Below, piece after piece: positions 7,621-16,296 of a stretch of DNA of 64,000 nt (positions are counted from its first letter, which is position 1; each line of letters opens with the position of its first letter). The notes under the pieces are model-generated. The model was given only the letters and a program-made list of their open reading frames with translations, was not told the origin of the DNA and did not search any database. The translations under genes were made by a program, and so were the position numbers. The DNA is from a virus: the IMG/VR virus record IMGVR_UViG_3300025150_000004, positions 1 to 64,000 of that record; one strand, given 5' to 3'.

Positions 7621-7761
7621 CGGGGATGGCAGGACTCGAACCTGCAAATGCTTGTAGGCTCTTCGAGGGTCCTCCCCTGGTCGGGGGAGGGAGTTCGTGA
7701 GCAGGAACGCTTACACGTCGGTTTTTCTGACCGATGCCTTTACCAGTTAGGCTACATCCCC
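7621..7761 (-). ncRNA. Extended tRNA-like RNA, Phe (GAA) loop, with conserved inserted domain
   Basis: Acceptor GGGGATG/CATCCCC; normal D and T arms; loop CAGAAAA; ~70-nt insert. Confidence 0.75.
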
Positions 7762-7791
7762 ATGTTGTCCTCCCCTGGCGGGGGAGGGCAG

Positions 7792-7879
7792 CGGAAGGAG
7801 GGAGAGTCGAACTCCCAAGGCGCTCATCACGCTCGTCCGGGTTCGAGCCGGGTGCCGTCGCCAATCGGCTTGCCCTTCC
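7792..7879 (-). tRNA. trnS: tRNA-Ser(CGA)
   Basis: Loop CTCGAAC; class II; G73. Confidence 0.9.
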
Positions 7880-7883
7880 AAAG

Positions 7884-7965
7884 TGCGGTCGGGGAGAGTC
7901 GAACTCCCACGCCTGTTAGGCACAACGCCCTCAACGTTGCGTGTCTACCATTCCACCACGACCGC
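7884..7965 (-). tRNA. trnL: tRNA-Leu(GAG), first gene of the array
   Basis: CAACG-TTGAGGG-CGTTG; class II. Confidence 0.9.
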
Positions 7966-8010
7966 AAAGGTGCTGAGGCTGGGTGACCACCAGCACCAGT
8001 TGCCGCTCTT

Positions 8011-8025
8011 CAGTTGTCAAAGACC
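8011..8025 (-). promoter_or_regulatory. boxA-like antitermination site
   Basis: GGTCTTTGACAACTG resembles rrn-leader boxA (TCTTT(A/G)ACAA); 45 nt before the first tRNA. Confidence 0.55.
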
Positions 8026-8085
8026 GCCCCGGGTCCAACGACCCGGAGCCCCCAGCCGGTGCCGGGGTGGTTCCCGAAGGAACTT

Positions 8086-8129
8086 AAACGACGAAGCCCC
8101 CTCGGGCTCTCGGCCGGAGGGGGCTTCGT
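8086..8129 (-). terminator. Attenuator/intrinsic terminator in the tRNA-operon leader
   Basis: 13-bp stem ACGAAGCCCCCTC/GAGGGGGCTTCGT followed by CGTTT. Confidence 0.8.
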
Positions 8130-8154
8130 GAAGCGCTGGGCTGTTACGCCTGGC

Positions 8155-8256
8155 TTACGCCGATGCCACCTCCGGGCCGTACTCGGACAGGTACGACCAC
8201 GAGCGGGTAAGGCTCGTGCTTGTCCGGGTCTCGAAGGTGGTAAACAAGCGGTTCAC
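8155..8256 (-). CDS. Putative attenuator leader peptide MNRLFTTFETRTSTSLTRSWSYLSEYGPEVASA
   Basis: GTG start after GAGAAG; lies between promoter and terminator; codons match the array anticodons; 3' end is complementary to the terminator 5' arm. Confidence 0.75.
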   Translation of the reverse strand: MNRLFTTFETRTSTSLTRSWSYLSEYGPEVASA

Positions 8257-8301
8257 GGTTCTTCTCGTCGTTCAGGGCCGGGCGTGTCCCCGGTGATGGT
8301 C

Positions 8302-8340
8302 ACTATGGATCCTCTCGGGACCCGTGTCAACAACTTTTTT
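8302..8340 (-). promoter_or_regulatory. Sigma70 promoter of the tRNA operon
   Basis: TTGACA-17-CATAGT with an upstream A-tract. Confidence 0.8.
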
Positions 8341-8554
8341 CGAGCGGGGTCGATTCCCGCCTTCGCCCCCTTCTACCCCGGCGGGGCCAGAAGTAAAACG
8401 GGATGTTCGGGTGGGGGCTGCTGCCTCTGGTGCCAGGCCACTTGGCCGGTGTTCCTTCACCGGCACCCGCACCCTGGACATCTACCCTACCGGCCCGCCC
8501 GCTAAAAACGGTCATCTGCCTATAGGCTGGATCCGGTAGCAGCCGGAGGCATCC

Positions 8555-9157
8555 ATGAAGATCAAGCACGAGTCCATCCACCGGGTCGTCAGCGCCTTCT
8601 GGGAGAGGCGGGCGGCGGGTCTGACCCTCCAGAAGCTCAAGAAGCTGATGACCCAGCACGGGATCCCGGGGAAGTTCTCCGGCTCGGGCTCCCGGTGGGA
8701 GGTCGAGGTCCCCGATGAGAAGGCCAAGAACAAGCTCTTCCGAGTCCTGCCCAAGGACGCCGGCATCGGCGGCTACAAGACGGGCTACGGCGCCTGGGTG
8801 CTCCGCCCCGGCTACCAGAGCATGGGCGACTGGAACGACCCCAGCTCCCGGTGGCACTACGGCTCGAAGCTGGCGGCCATGAACAGCTCGGTCTTCGGCC
8901 ACGACCGCCCCAGCGACATCGAGTTCTTCTTCGACCCCTTCGCCTCCACCGTCGAGGTGGGCATGGGCGGGGAATGGTGGGGCGGCAAGGTCAAGATGGG
9001 CGAGAACGTCTTCCACCACCGCAAAGAGCGGGTGGACGAGGCGTACCGGCCGGTCACCGTCCGGGTGGAGAAGGTTGGACACCACCTCCGGTTCGCCGTG
9101 ATGGGCGGCTTCGGGGGTGGGGCCACGTTCATGCTCGGGTTCAAGGGCATGTTCTGA
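8555..9157 (+). CDS. Hypothetical protein (possible virion-packaged)
   Basis: GGAGG RBS; strong GC3 bias; HRVVSAFW motif. Confidence 0.7.
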   Translation: MKIKHESIHRVVSAFWERRAAGLTLQKLKKLMTQHGIPGKFSGSGSRWEVEVPDEKAKNKLFRVLPKDAGIGGYKTGYGAWVLRPGYQSMGDWNDPSSRWHYGSKLAAMNSSVFGHDRPSDIEFFFDPFASTVEVGMGGEWWGGKVKMGENVFHHRKERVDEAYRPVTVRVEKVGHHLRFAVMGGFGGGATFMLGFKGMF

Positions 9158-9164
9158 GGTCTCC

Positions 9165-9710
9165 GTGGCCGAACTTCACCTCTACGACTTCGACGGGACG
9201 TTGTTCCGGTCTCCCCATGTCGAGGGGATCAAAGACTGGTGGATCAGCGACTTCAGCCTGAACCCACCCTGCGTCCCGCTGAAGCCCGGCTCCGAGTGGT
9301 GGAACGCTCCGGTCGTCGCCGAGGCCAAGGCCAGCATCGCCAACCAGAACGTCTGGGCAATCCTCGTGACAGGCCGCACCGACCGCTCCGGCTTCCGGTT
9401 CCGGGTCCCTGAGCTTCTCCGCCAGGCGGGTCTCCGGTTCGACCGGGTGTACCTCAACTCCATGGGTGGCCAGACGGAGAAGTTCAAGAAGAAGGTCATC
9501 TCCGACACCCTCCGCCGGTTCCCCCAGATCAACACGGTCCACATCTGGGAAGACCGGCTGCCTCACCTCGACGCCTTCTGCAAGCACGTCCAGGGGCTCG
9601 GGAAAGCCTGTGTGAAGCACCCCATCAAGGTTCGCCCCCACCCCATCCTCTGCGATCCCGAGGAGCTTCAGGACATGGCCGCCAGGGTCGCTTCCAGGTG
9701 GGCCGGATGA
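9165..9710 (+). CDS. HAD phosphatase, Swiss-Army-Knife RNA-repair type
   Basis: YDFDGTLFRSP, WWN, LVTGR and IWEDR motifs. Confidence 0.8.
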   Translation: MAELHLYDFDGTLFRSPHVEGIKDWWISDFSLNPPCVPLKPGSEWWNAPVVAEAKASIANQNVWAILVTGRTDRSGFRFRVPELLRQAGLRFDRVYLNSMGGQTEKFKKKVISDTLRRFPQINTVHIWEDRLPHLDAFCKHVQGLGKACVKHPIKVRPHPILCDPEELQDMAARVASRWAG

Positions 9711-9723
9711 GGGGGTGTGGCCA

Positions 9724-10047
9724 ATGCGGGTCTGGCTCGACGATGAACGACCTGCCCCCAACGGTTGGACCACCTGCCGGTGGCCCGATGAGGTCATCAC
9801 CCTCCTGAAAACCGGCAAGGTTCGGGAGATCAGCCTCGACCACGACCTGGGGGATGACCAGCGGGGCACCGGCTACGATGTCCTCAAGTGGCTGGAGGAG
9901 CAGGTCTACCGCCATGGTCGCAAGCCCCCCAAGATCTCCATTCACACGGCCAACCCAGCGGCTCGTAGCCGGATGATCCGGGCGAAACGGCAGATCTACC
10001 TGCTGTTTCTCAAGCGGAGGTCAGGCCGGGGCCAGCCTCTCGGGTAG
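9724..10047 (+). CDS. Cyclic-phosphate-processing receiver-like (cREC) protein
   Basis: WLDDERP, ISLDHDLG, TGYDV..W and IHTANP motifs. Confidence 0.8.
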   Translation: MRVWLDDERPAPNGWTTCRWPDEVITLLKTGKVREISLDHDLGDDQRGTGYDVLKWLEEQVYRHGRKPPKISIHTANPAARSRMIRAKRQIYLLFLKRRSGRGQPLG

Positions 10048-10172
10048 GGTTCCAGACCCGGAGGTGATGGTGGGCGACTCCTGAAGAACGGCAAGCCTAC
10101 GCTGATGCAGAGCGGGAACGCCTGCGTCAACAGGCCCAGGAAATTCAAGAGATCGACCTGAAGCCCTTCGGC

Positions 10173-10415
10173 GTGGATCTCGACGCCATCGCCCATGAAG
10201 TGCTGATGGAGGAGAACCAGAAGCTAAAGTTGCAGGTCGGAACCCTCCACCGGCAGCTTAGGGAGGCCCAGAGCGCCCTCGAAGACCGGGACAAGGTGAT
10301 CCGCCGACAGCAGGACGAGCTAGAGGTATTGCGCTCCAAAGCCCTCAAAGGCCGCTGGGAGGGAGGGTTCGACCCCTTGTGGGGGTCTGACGTAGAAGAC
10401 CCAGGGTCCGGGTAG
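10173..10415 (+). CDS. Small coiled-coil protein with C-terminal FDPLW motif
   Basis: Heptad pattern; resembles 12093..12377. Confidence 0.6.
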   Translation: MDLDAIAHEVLMEENQKLKLQVGTLHRQLREAQSALEDRDKVIRRQQDELEVLRSKALKGRWEGGFDPLWGSDVEDPGSG

Positions 10416-10461
10416 AGTCGCCCTAGAAACGGGGGCTCCTTCAACCCCTGCCCGAGGATAC

Positions 10462-12093
10462 ATGAACTACCAGATCGACCTGAAGACAAAAGCCGTCACC
10501 GTTCACAAGGGGGCCGAGGCCCGCAAGCGGCTGCTGGAAGGGGCCAAGACCCTGGCCAAGTGCGTGGCCGTGACCTACGGCCCAGGCGGCCGGGTGGTCA
10601 TGCTCGACCGGGCCGTGGGGCTGCTGGCGACCAAGGACGGCGTGACCGTCGCCCGTGAGATCGACGTAGAAGATCCGGTGGCCAACCTCGGCTGCCAGAT
10701 CCTCAAGACGGCCTGCATCAGGGTCAACGACGACGTGGGTGATGGGACGACCTCGACGGCCATCGTGTCGGCGGCCCTTCTCGAAGAGGGGCAGAAGGTT
10801 ATCGCCGGGGGCATGGCCCCCATCGAGATCCTCCGTGGTGTCCAGGCGGCGGCCCAGCGATGCTACGAAGTCATCGAGAGCCTGGCTTCGCCGGTGGAGG
10901 ACCAGGCCCTTCTCGAACGGGTGGCCATGATCGCCAGCAACGGTGATGTGGAGGTGTCCCAGAAAATGGCCGAGGCGTGCATGGCCGTGGGCAACGACGG
11001 CACGCTGACCATCGAGGACGGCAACTCCGTGGGCATCGAACTCCAGTTCAAGGAGGGGATGGAGATCGACCGGGGGGCGGCATCCCAGCACTTCCTCGGG
11101 ACGCTGAACGAGCGGGTCCTCGAAGGACCCCTCGTGGCCGTCATCGGGGCGGACCTGCGGACGGTGGACGATGTGCGGGGCGTGATGGAGGTCGCCTCCC
11201 AGTGGCCCAACCACGAACTGCTCATCATCGCCCAGTCCATCGAAGGTGACGCCCTCAAGACGATGCTGATGAACGACACCAAGGACGTGATGAAGTGCGT
11301 CGGCATCAACTCCCCAGGCTTCCACGACAGGAAGAAGGAGATCCTCAAGGACATCGCTGCCCTCACCGGGGCGGACTACGCCGAACCCACCCTCGGGTAC
11401 GACCTCGCCAACTGGGACCCCGAGTGGTTCGGAGGTCTCCGCAAGGCCACGGTCGAGGCGAAGAAAACGGTGTTCGTCGCCTACGACGAGGCGGAGGAAC
11501 TGGTCGAGGAGCGGATCAAGCACCTCAAAGCGGAGAAGCGACACGCCAAGAGCGAGTACGATACTGACAAGCTCAACGAGCGGATCGCCAAGCTCTCCGG
11601 CGGCCTGTGCATCATGCAGGTTGGGGGCTACACCGAGACGGAGATGAGGGAGCGGCGAGCCCGGATCGAGGACGCCCTCGGTTCTGTCCGTGCCGCCCTG
11701 GCCGAGGGAGTGGTTCCCGGGGCCGCCTCGGCCTATCACTACTGCGCCGCCATGCTCCTGCTGGACCTGGATGCAGGGGAGGCCGAGGGCAGCATGGAGT
11801 TCATGACCGGGTGGCGGATCCTGGCCAAGGCGCTCCAGAAGCCGTTGGAGGTCATCGCCTCCAACGCCGGGCATCCGTCGGCGTACACGGCTCAACTCCT
11901 GCTCGACGGCTACAAGTCCGGTGAGATGAGCCCTTGGCAGGGGTGGGACGCCGAGACCGGGGGCGTCCGCAGCCTCGACGAGGACCCGGCCGTCGTGGAC
12001 CCCGTGGCCGTCGTGCGCTCGGTCATCGAGGCGTCCACCTCCGCCGCCGGGACGCTGCTCACCGTGGAGGCCAGCCTGTCCAAGGGGGGCTGA
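10462..12093 (+). CDS. groEL: GroEL-like chaperonin
   Basis: VTYGPGGR, TKDGVTVA, GDGTTS, ERIAKLSGG and GVVPG motifs. Confidence 0.95.
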   Translation: MNYQIDLKTKAVTVHKGAEARKRLLEGAKTLAKCVAVTYGPGGRVVMLDRAVGLLATKDGVTVAREIDVEDPVANLGCQILKTACIRVNDDVGDGTTSTAIVSAALLEEGQKVIAGGMAPIEILRGVQAAAQRCYEVIESLASPVEDQALLERVAMIASNGDVEVSQKMAEACMAVGNDGTLTIEDGNSVGIELQFKEGMEIDRGAASQHFLGTLNERVLEGPLVAVIGADLRTVDDVRGVMEVASQWPNHELLIIAQSIEGDALKTMLMNDTKDVMKCVGINSPGFHDRKKEILKDIAALTGADYAEPTLGYDLANWDPEWFGGLRKATVEAKKTVFVAYDEAEELVEERIKHLKAEKRHAKSEYDTDKLNERIAKLSGGLCIMQVGGYTETEMRERRARIEDALGSVRAALAEGVVPGAASAYHYCAAMLLLDLDAGEAEGSMEFMTGWRILAKALQKPLEVIASNAGHPSAYTAQLLLDGYKSGEMSPWQGWDAETGGVRSLDEDPAVVDPVAVVRSVIEASTSAAGTLLTVEASLSKGG

Positions 12094-12377
12094 TGACCGA
12101 CGAGGAAAAAGCCCGGCGGGACGCTGCTGCGGCCAATTTGTTCGACAACCTCGACCCCAACATGATGGTCGAGCACCTTCTTGAGGAGAACGAGAAACTG
12201 CGCCAGCGCAACCTGGACCTTGGGAATCGTGTGGTGGCCGCAGAGACCCGGGTCGAGGAGCAGGGCAGGACCATCACCGTCCTGAAACAACGCTTGGAGG
12301 AGGCCCAGCGCCGGGGAGACTGGGACTTCGACCCTATCTGGGATGGGGGCGTTTTAGAGGACGAGGGCGGCGAGTAG
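12093..12377 (+). CDS. Small coiled-coil protein with FDPIW motif
   Basis: ATG overlaps the groEL stop; heptad pattern. Confidence 0.65.
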   Translation: MTDEEKARRDAAAANLFDNLDPNMMVEHLLEENEKLRQRNLDLGNRVVAAETRVEEQGRTITVLKQRLEEAQRRGDWDFDPIWDGGVLEDEGGE

Positions 12378-12396
12378 ATCGGACAGGAGGTGACCT

Positions 12397-12606
12397 GTGG
12401 TCATCGGCATCATCTGGCTCATCCTGTCCATCCTCGGGACCTTTCTCTCGGTCTTCATCCCCTTCTGGCTTCTAGGTAAAGGGTTGACCTGGTTGGGAAA
12501 GTGGCCCCAGAGGTGGAGCCACGAACGTCTGTCCCTCATCGAAACTCCGGCGACACCGACCACTCACCGGAAGCGCCGCCATTCCCACCTTCGGCTGGTC
12601 CAGTGA
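12397..12606 (+). CDS. Small membrane protein
   Basis: AGGAGG RBS; hydrophobic N-terminus. Confidence 0.55.
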   Translation: MVIGIIWLILSILGTFLSVFIPFWLLGKGLTWLGKWPQRWSHERLSLIETPATPTTHRKRRHSHLRLVQ

Positions 12607-12667
12607 CGGGAAGCTAGGGGGCCGAGGCCCTCTTGTTGTAGAGTAAACTGGACTGGAGGTCACCGAA

Positions 12668-12898
12668 GTGCTTCGGAACACGGACAACATCTTGGCGAGG
12701 AAGAAGCCAGCGGTACTCCAGCAGTACCGTCGCCGGATGTCCGAACTGGAGATTCCCGAAGGGGTGCGTATCCCCGACGACCCCCGAGAGGCGCTCCTCT
12801 TGGGGATGCGTATCGCCCGGCGGCGGGCCTACGAGGACGGCATCGTGGATGGGGTGAACCTGGGTGTCGAGGTCTTCGTGGAGGCCGCCGCCCACTAG
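12668..12898 (+). CDS. Hypothetical protein
   Basis: GGAGG RBS. Confidence 0.55.
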   Translation: MLRNTDNILARKKPAVLQQYRRRMSELEIPEGVRIPDDPREALLLGMRIARRRAYEDGIVDGVNLGVEVFVEAAAH

Positions 12899-13161
12899 GG
12901 CTTGCGTCGCAGCCGGACTCCCGGCTTGAGTTTGATGACCATCTCGGAGGGTACGTTCACCACCTCATCGGAGGTGGGGATGGTGACCGTCCTGGCCTGC
13001 CTCTTGGTCATGCGGAAGACCCCGAACGGCACCCGGACGTGATCGTCCTCGCTGAGGACGATGAGGATGTCTGGGAGAGCAAAAAGCACGTCCCTGACGG
13101 CCTTTTGGCTTTGGCCGGATTGGGCGGCGACCCGCTCCACGAGTTCATCGTAGTGCATCAA
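12895..13161 (-). CDS. HU/IHF-like DNA-binding protein
   Basis: ELVERVA...V...FGVF...RQAR...KLKPG pattern; 88 aa. Confidence 0.8.
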   Translation of the reverse strand: MMHYDELVERVAAQSGQSQKAVRDVLFALPDILIVLSEDDHVRVPFGVFRMTKRQARTVTIPTSDEVVNVPSEMVIKLKPGVRLRRKP

Positions 13162-13278
13162 CTACTCCTGTGCTGCGGCTCGCCCATCCTGCCTGGCCTT
13201 CCTCGTTGATCTGCCTATCGGGCTCGCTCGGTAGAGCCTTCCGGGGTCAACAATACCCCGAGTGGGAGGGATTTCGAC

Positions 13279-15243
13279 GTGGAGCGCATTCGACAAGCCC
13301 TATTGGCCCTGGCCCATGAAGACCCCTCCGTTCGCCCACGGGTCCTGGCGGTCACTCGGGAGGCTGGAAAGTGGAAGACCCTGCCCAAGGGCTGGGACCA
13401 GGGGTCGGTCCAGAAGTTCTGGGAGAGCCTCACCGGGGACAACAAGCACAAGGTAACCAAGTGCATCAAGGAGATGGGGGACAAGGTGGATGACCCGGGA
13501 GCTTTCTGCGGATCCCTGGCCGACAAGGTGGATCCCGGCTGGCGGTCCCGTCGGGCGGTCGTCCGGGCCTACTACAAGCGGTCCTTCAACAAGTTCAACG
13601 CTCCAGAACTGGTCGCCCAGCTTCTCACCGTCCTCAAGAAGGAGGGTCTGAAGGACGCCGAGAACCAGATCAGGATGAAGAAAGTCCCCGAACTGGTGGA
13701 GAAGGCGTGGGCCGGTCGGGAGAAGACCGCTGCCGACATCAGGCCCCTCCTCACAGCCCTGTTCGACTCCGTCCAGCCCTACGTCAAAGACTTCCGGCGC
13801 TTCATCCGCACCCTGGCCGAGGGGCTCACCCAGGAGGGCGAGTTCCCTGGCTGGGAGTGGTCTCTGGAGGGTGACCCCAAGGTCACCTCTCAGAGCGATG
13901 GAGTAGCCGGAGGACGGCAGGTGGGCGGCGGGTGGCACAGCCCACCCGAGTACGAAGAGGCGCACTACGAGGCCCCCGATGAGGTTGAGGTGAGCCTCAA
14001 GGCGAGCCTCCCGTTGCGCTACTGGCCCCGCCTGTTCACCAAGGACTACCGCCACCTCGTCCGTGACCGTGACGGGTTCATGAAGGCCATCGCCGACCTG
14101 ACCCACAACCGGAATGCCCTGGCCATGCTGAAGAAGTTGGCCAAGGACACCATGAAGTTCACGGCCCGGAGCAACCCGGAGGTGATCTTCGACTTCGTCA
14201 AAGACGAGGTCCACGACTGGGTGGACGACCAGGTTCGGGACGGGGCGGGGAGCTACATCGAGGTGTCCTGGGAGTTCGATGACCAGCACACCAAGCTCAA
14301 GCAGATCGGCTCCCGGGTCACGGGTAACTCCCTCGATGTGCTCGTTGTCCTGTCCGTCGGCATCAAGCACGAGGGCCAGATCGACTACGACGCCATCGCC
14401 GAGGAACGGGCCGAGGCCCGGATGGACGACTACGAAGACCGCTACGACGACCGTTACGCCTCGGGCAAAACGGCCCTGGGCGGCGTCCACCCGCAGGACT
14501 TCATCAACGCCAAGACCAAGCAGTTGGCGAAGAGGGCCTGGGACCACCTCAAGAAGTTCCACCCTCGCTGGGAGGAAACGGTGGACCTCCCCTCGAACGT
14601 CGGCGGGTTCATCAAGCACCTGTTCTACTGGCTGGGGAACCGGGACGCCTACCAGAAGCTACATCTGTTCTTCGGAAACATGGCGGGCGTGGGGTCGGGC
14701 CTCGGGACAGAGGATGACCTGAAGCGGCTGGCCCAGCGAATGGCCGACCAGATGAACGAAGCCGAGGCCGTCGCCGTCGGGATGCTTCTGCTCAAGGCGG
14801 CTCGTCGCCCGAGGGCGGCCAAGGCGTTCGAGACGTGGGCTCTCCGGCACATCAACCTCACCCAGCACAGCCCGGACGACACCACATCGCTCAAGAAGCC
14901 CGGCGACGTGTTCGAGGAGATGGTCATCAAACTCAAGCCCCTGGCCCAGAAGGCCATCACCAAGGTCAAGGCGGAGAACGCCCAGACCCTCGCTTTCCTC
15001 ATCGCCGAGGACATCAACTGGCACTCCCTCAACCGCACGGGACTCCTCGGTGGCGGTGACGGAACTGGGCTCCCCGAGGACATCATGTCCTACGTGTCCA
15101 CCCTCGGTCGGGAACTCGACTGGGGTATGGAGCCTGCGGCGGCGTTCATCGTGGCCCTCCTGCGGAAGGCCGGGGAGAAGGGCTCGGCCTTGAAGGTGAA
15201 GCAGTACGCCATCAAGGAATTCCCCGAGAGCTTCGAGGGCTGA
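13279..15243 (+). CDS. Large modular hypothetical protein, probably virion-internal
   Basis: GGGAGG RBS; CCTAT-N11-GGTAG promoter; domains separated by KTA/RYA sites. Confidence 0.7.
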   Translation: MERIRQALLALAHEDPSVRPRVLAVTREAGKWKTLPKGWDQGSVQKFWESLTGDNKHKVTKCIKEMGDKVDDPGAFCGSLADKVDPGWRSRRAVVRAYYKRSFNKFNAPELVAQLLTVLKKEGLKDAENQIRMKKVPELVEKAWAGREKTAADIRPLLTALFDSVQPYVKDFRRFIRTLAEGLTQEGEFPGWEWSLEGDPKVTSQSDGVAGGRQVGGGWHSPPEYEEAHYEAPDEVEVSLKASLPLRYWPRLFTKDYRHLVRDRDGFMKAIADLTHNRNALAMLKKLAKDTMKFTARSNPEVIFDFVKDEVHDWVDDQVRDGAGSYIEVSWEFDDQHTKLKQIGSRVTGNSLDVLVVLSVGIKHEGQIDYDAIAEERAEARMDDYEDRYDDRYASGKTALGGVHPQDFINAKTKQLAKRAWDHLKKFHPRWEETVDLPSNVGGFIKHLFYWLGNRDAYQKLHLFFGNMAGVGSGLGTEDDLKRLAQRMADQMNEAEAVAVGMLLLKAARRPRAAKAFETWALRHINLTQHSPDDTTSLKKPGDVFEEMVIKLKPLAQKAITKVKAENAQTLAFLIAEDINWHSLNRTGLLGGGDGTGLPEDIMSYVSTLGRELDWGMEPAAAFIVALLRKAGEKGSALKVKQYAIKEFPESFEG

Positions 15244-15246
15244 CCG

Positions 15247-16296
15247 ATGAGGAAAGACGCCAAGGCCAACGTCACCCCGGTCCGCCAGCGGACCCAGTAC
15301 TCGTGGGAGGACCAGCCGCTGGGGCAAGTACCTGATCACAAGATCGCCGCCAAGCTGGGGTGCCGGAGGCAAGCCGTCATCGAAGCCCGGCAACGGCGGG
15401 GGATTGCTGCATTCGACTCGACACGGGCCAGCAAAGGCATCAGGTGGGACACGGTGCCCTTGGGCACAATGCCGGACACGGAGATTGCCAAAACGCTGGG
15501 CGTAGCAACCCCGGTCGTGTTCAACGCCCGTGAACGCCGGGGCATTCCTCCATTCAAGGCCCGATGTACGGATGTGGCGTGGGATGACGTGCCTCTTGGG
15601 GAGTTTCCCGATGCGGTGTTGGCAGAGTTTTTGGGGGTGTCCCAGCCTACGATCACCCGACACCGCAACCGCCTGGGCATTCTCCCGTCCAAGGCCCGTT
15701 TCATCACGACGGAAGGTCAAGCAGCAAGTAGCTACGGTGAGGCACTCATCGACTTGTACTGGCACGAACAAGGGGTGGACCACGATTTCCAGGTTCAGGT
15801 CGGCCCCTACGTGGCGGACTGGGTACTCGGGGACGGAACCATCGTGGAGTTTGCAGGGTTCATCGAAAGTCGGGCTTTCGGGGAACGTTACAAGGATCGG
15901 CTTGACCAAAAGATCGCCTACTACAGGTCCATTTACCGGAAGGTGCAGGTCATTTACCCAAAGGATTTGACCCACTTCCGCCCCAAGGGGGCACCTGAAG
16001 TGTCCCAAAACAGCATCTCAGGGGACATCAACTGGTCTGATCAGCCCCTCGGAAAGATGTCGGATACGGAACTCGCAAAACATCTCGGAGTCACGCAGAC
16101 AACAGTGACCAGGTGGCGGACCATCTTCGGCATCGCCCCCTTCTGCTCGCCTGATCGGGATTGGTCCACCATTCCTCTCGGAGAGGAGCCTGATCCCGTC
16201 ATTGCTTCTCGCCTCGGGGTGAGCAAAGAAACAGTTCGGCGTGCAAGGCTCGCCCTCGGCATCCCCTCATTTCGGAGCAATCATCATGCAGCGTGA
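15247..16296 (+). mobile_element. Homing-endonuclease-like gene (HTH repeats plus PD-(D/E)XK/Vsr-like core) inserted in the 5' end of the C39 peptidase gene
   Basis: Five W..PLG..(P/S)D..(I/L)A..LG repeats; FQVQVGPYVADW...IVEF core; lower GC; N-terminus duplicates that of the next gene. Confidence 0.7.

Noticed and set aside
3192-7965. Stop-codon recoding or suppressor tRNAs
   Set aside because: No CTA/TTA/TCA anticodon; genes are full length in code 11 and use TAG and TGA as stops.
5901-8131. ORF-track ORFs overlapping tRNAs (e.g. 6073..6591, 7160..7657, 7495..7986)
   Set aside because: Shadow translations of tRNA genes.
8155-8300. T-box riboswitch controlling the tRNA array
   Set aside because: No UGGNACC T-box bulge or stem I motifs; the leader ORF explains the region better.
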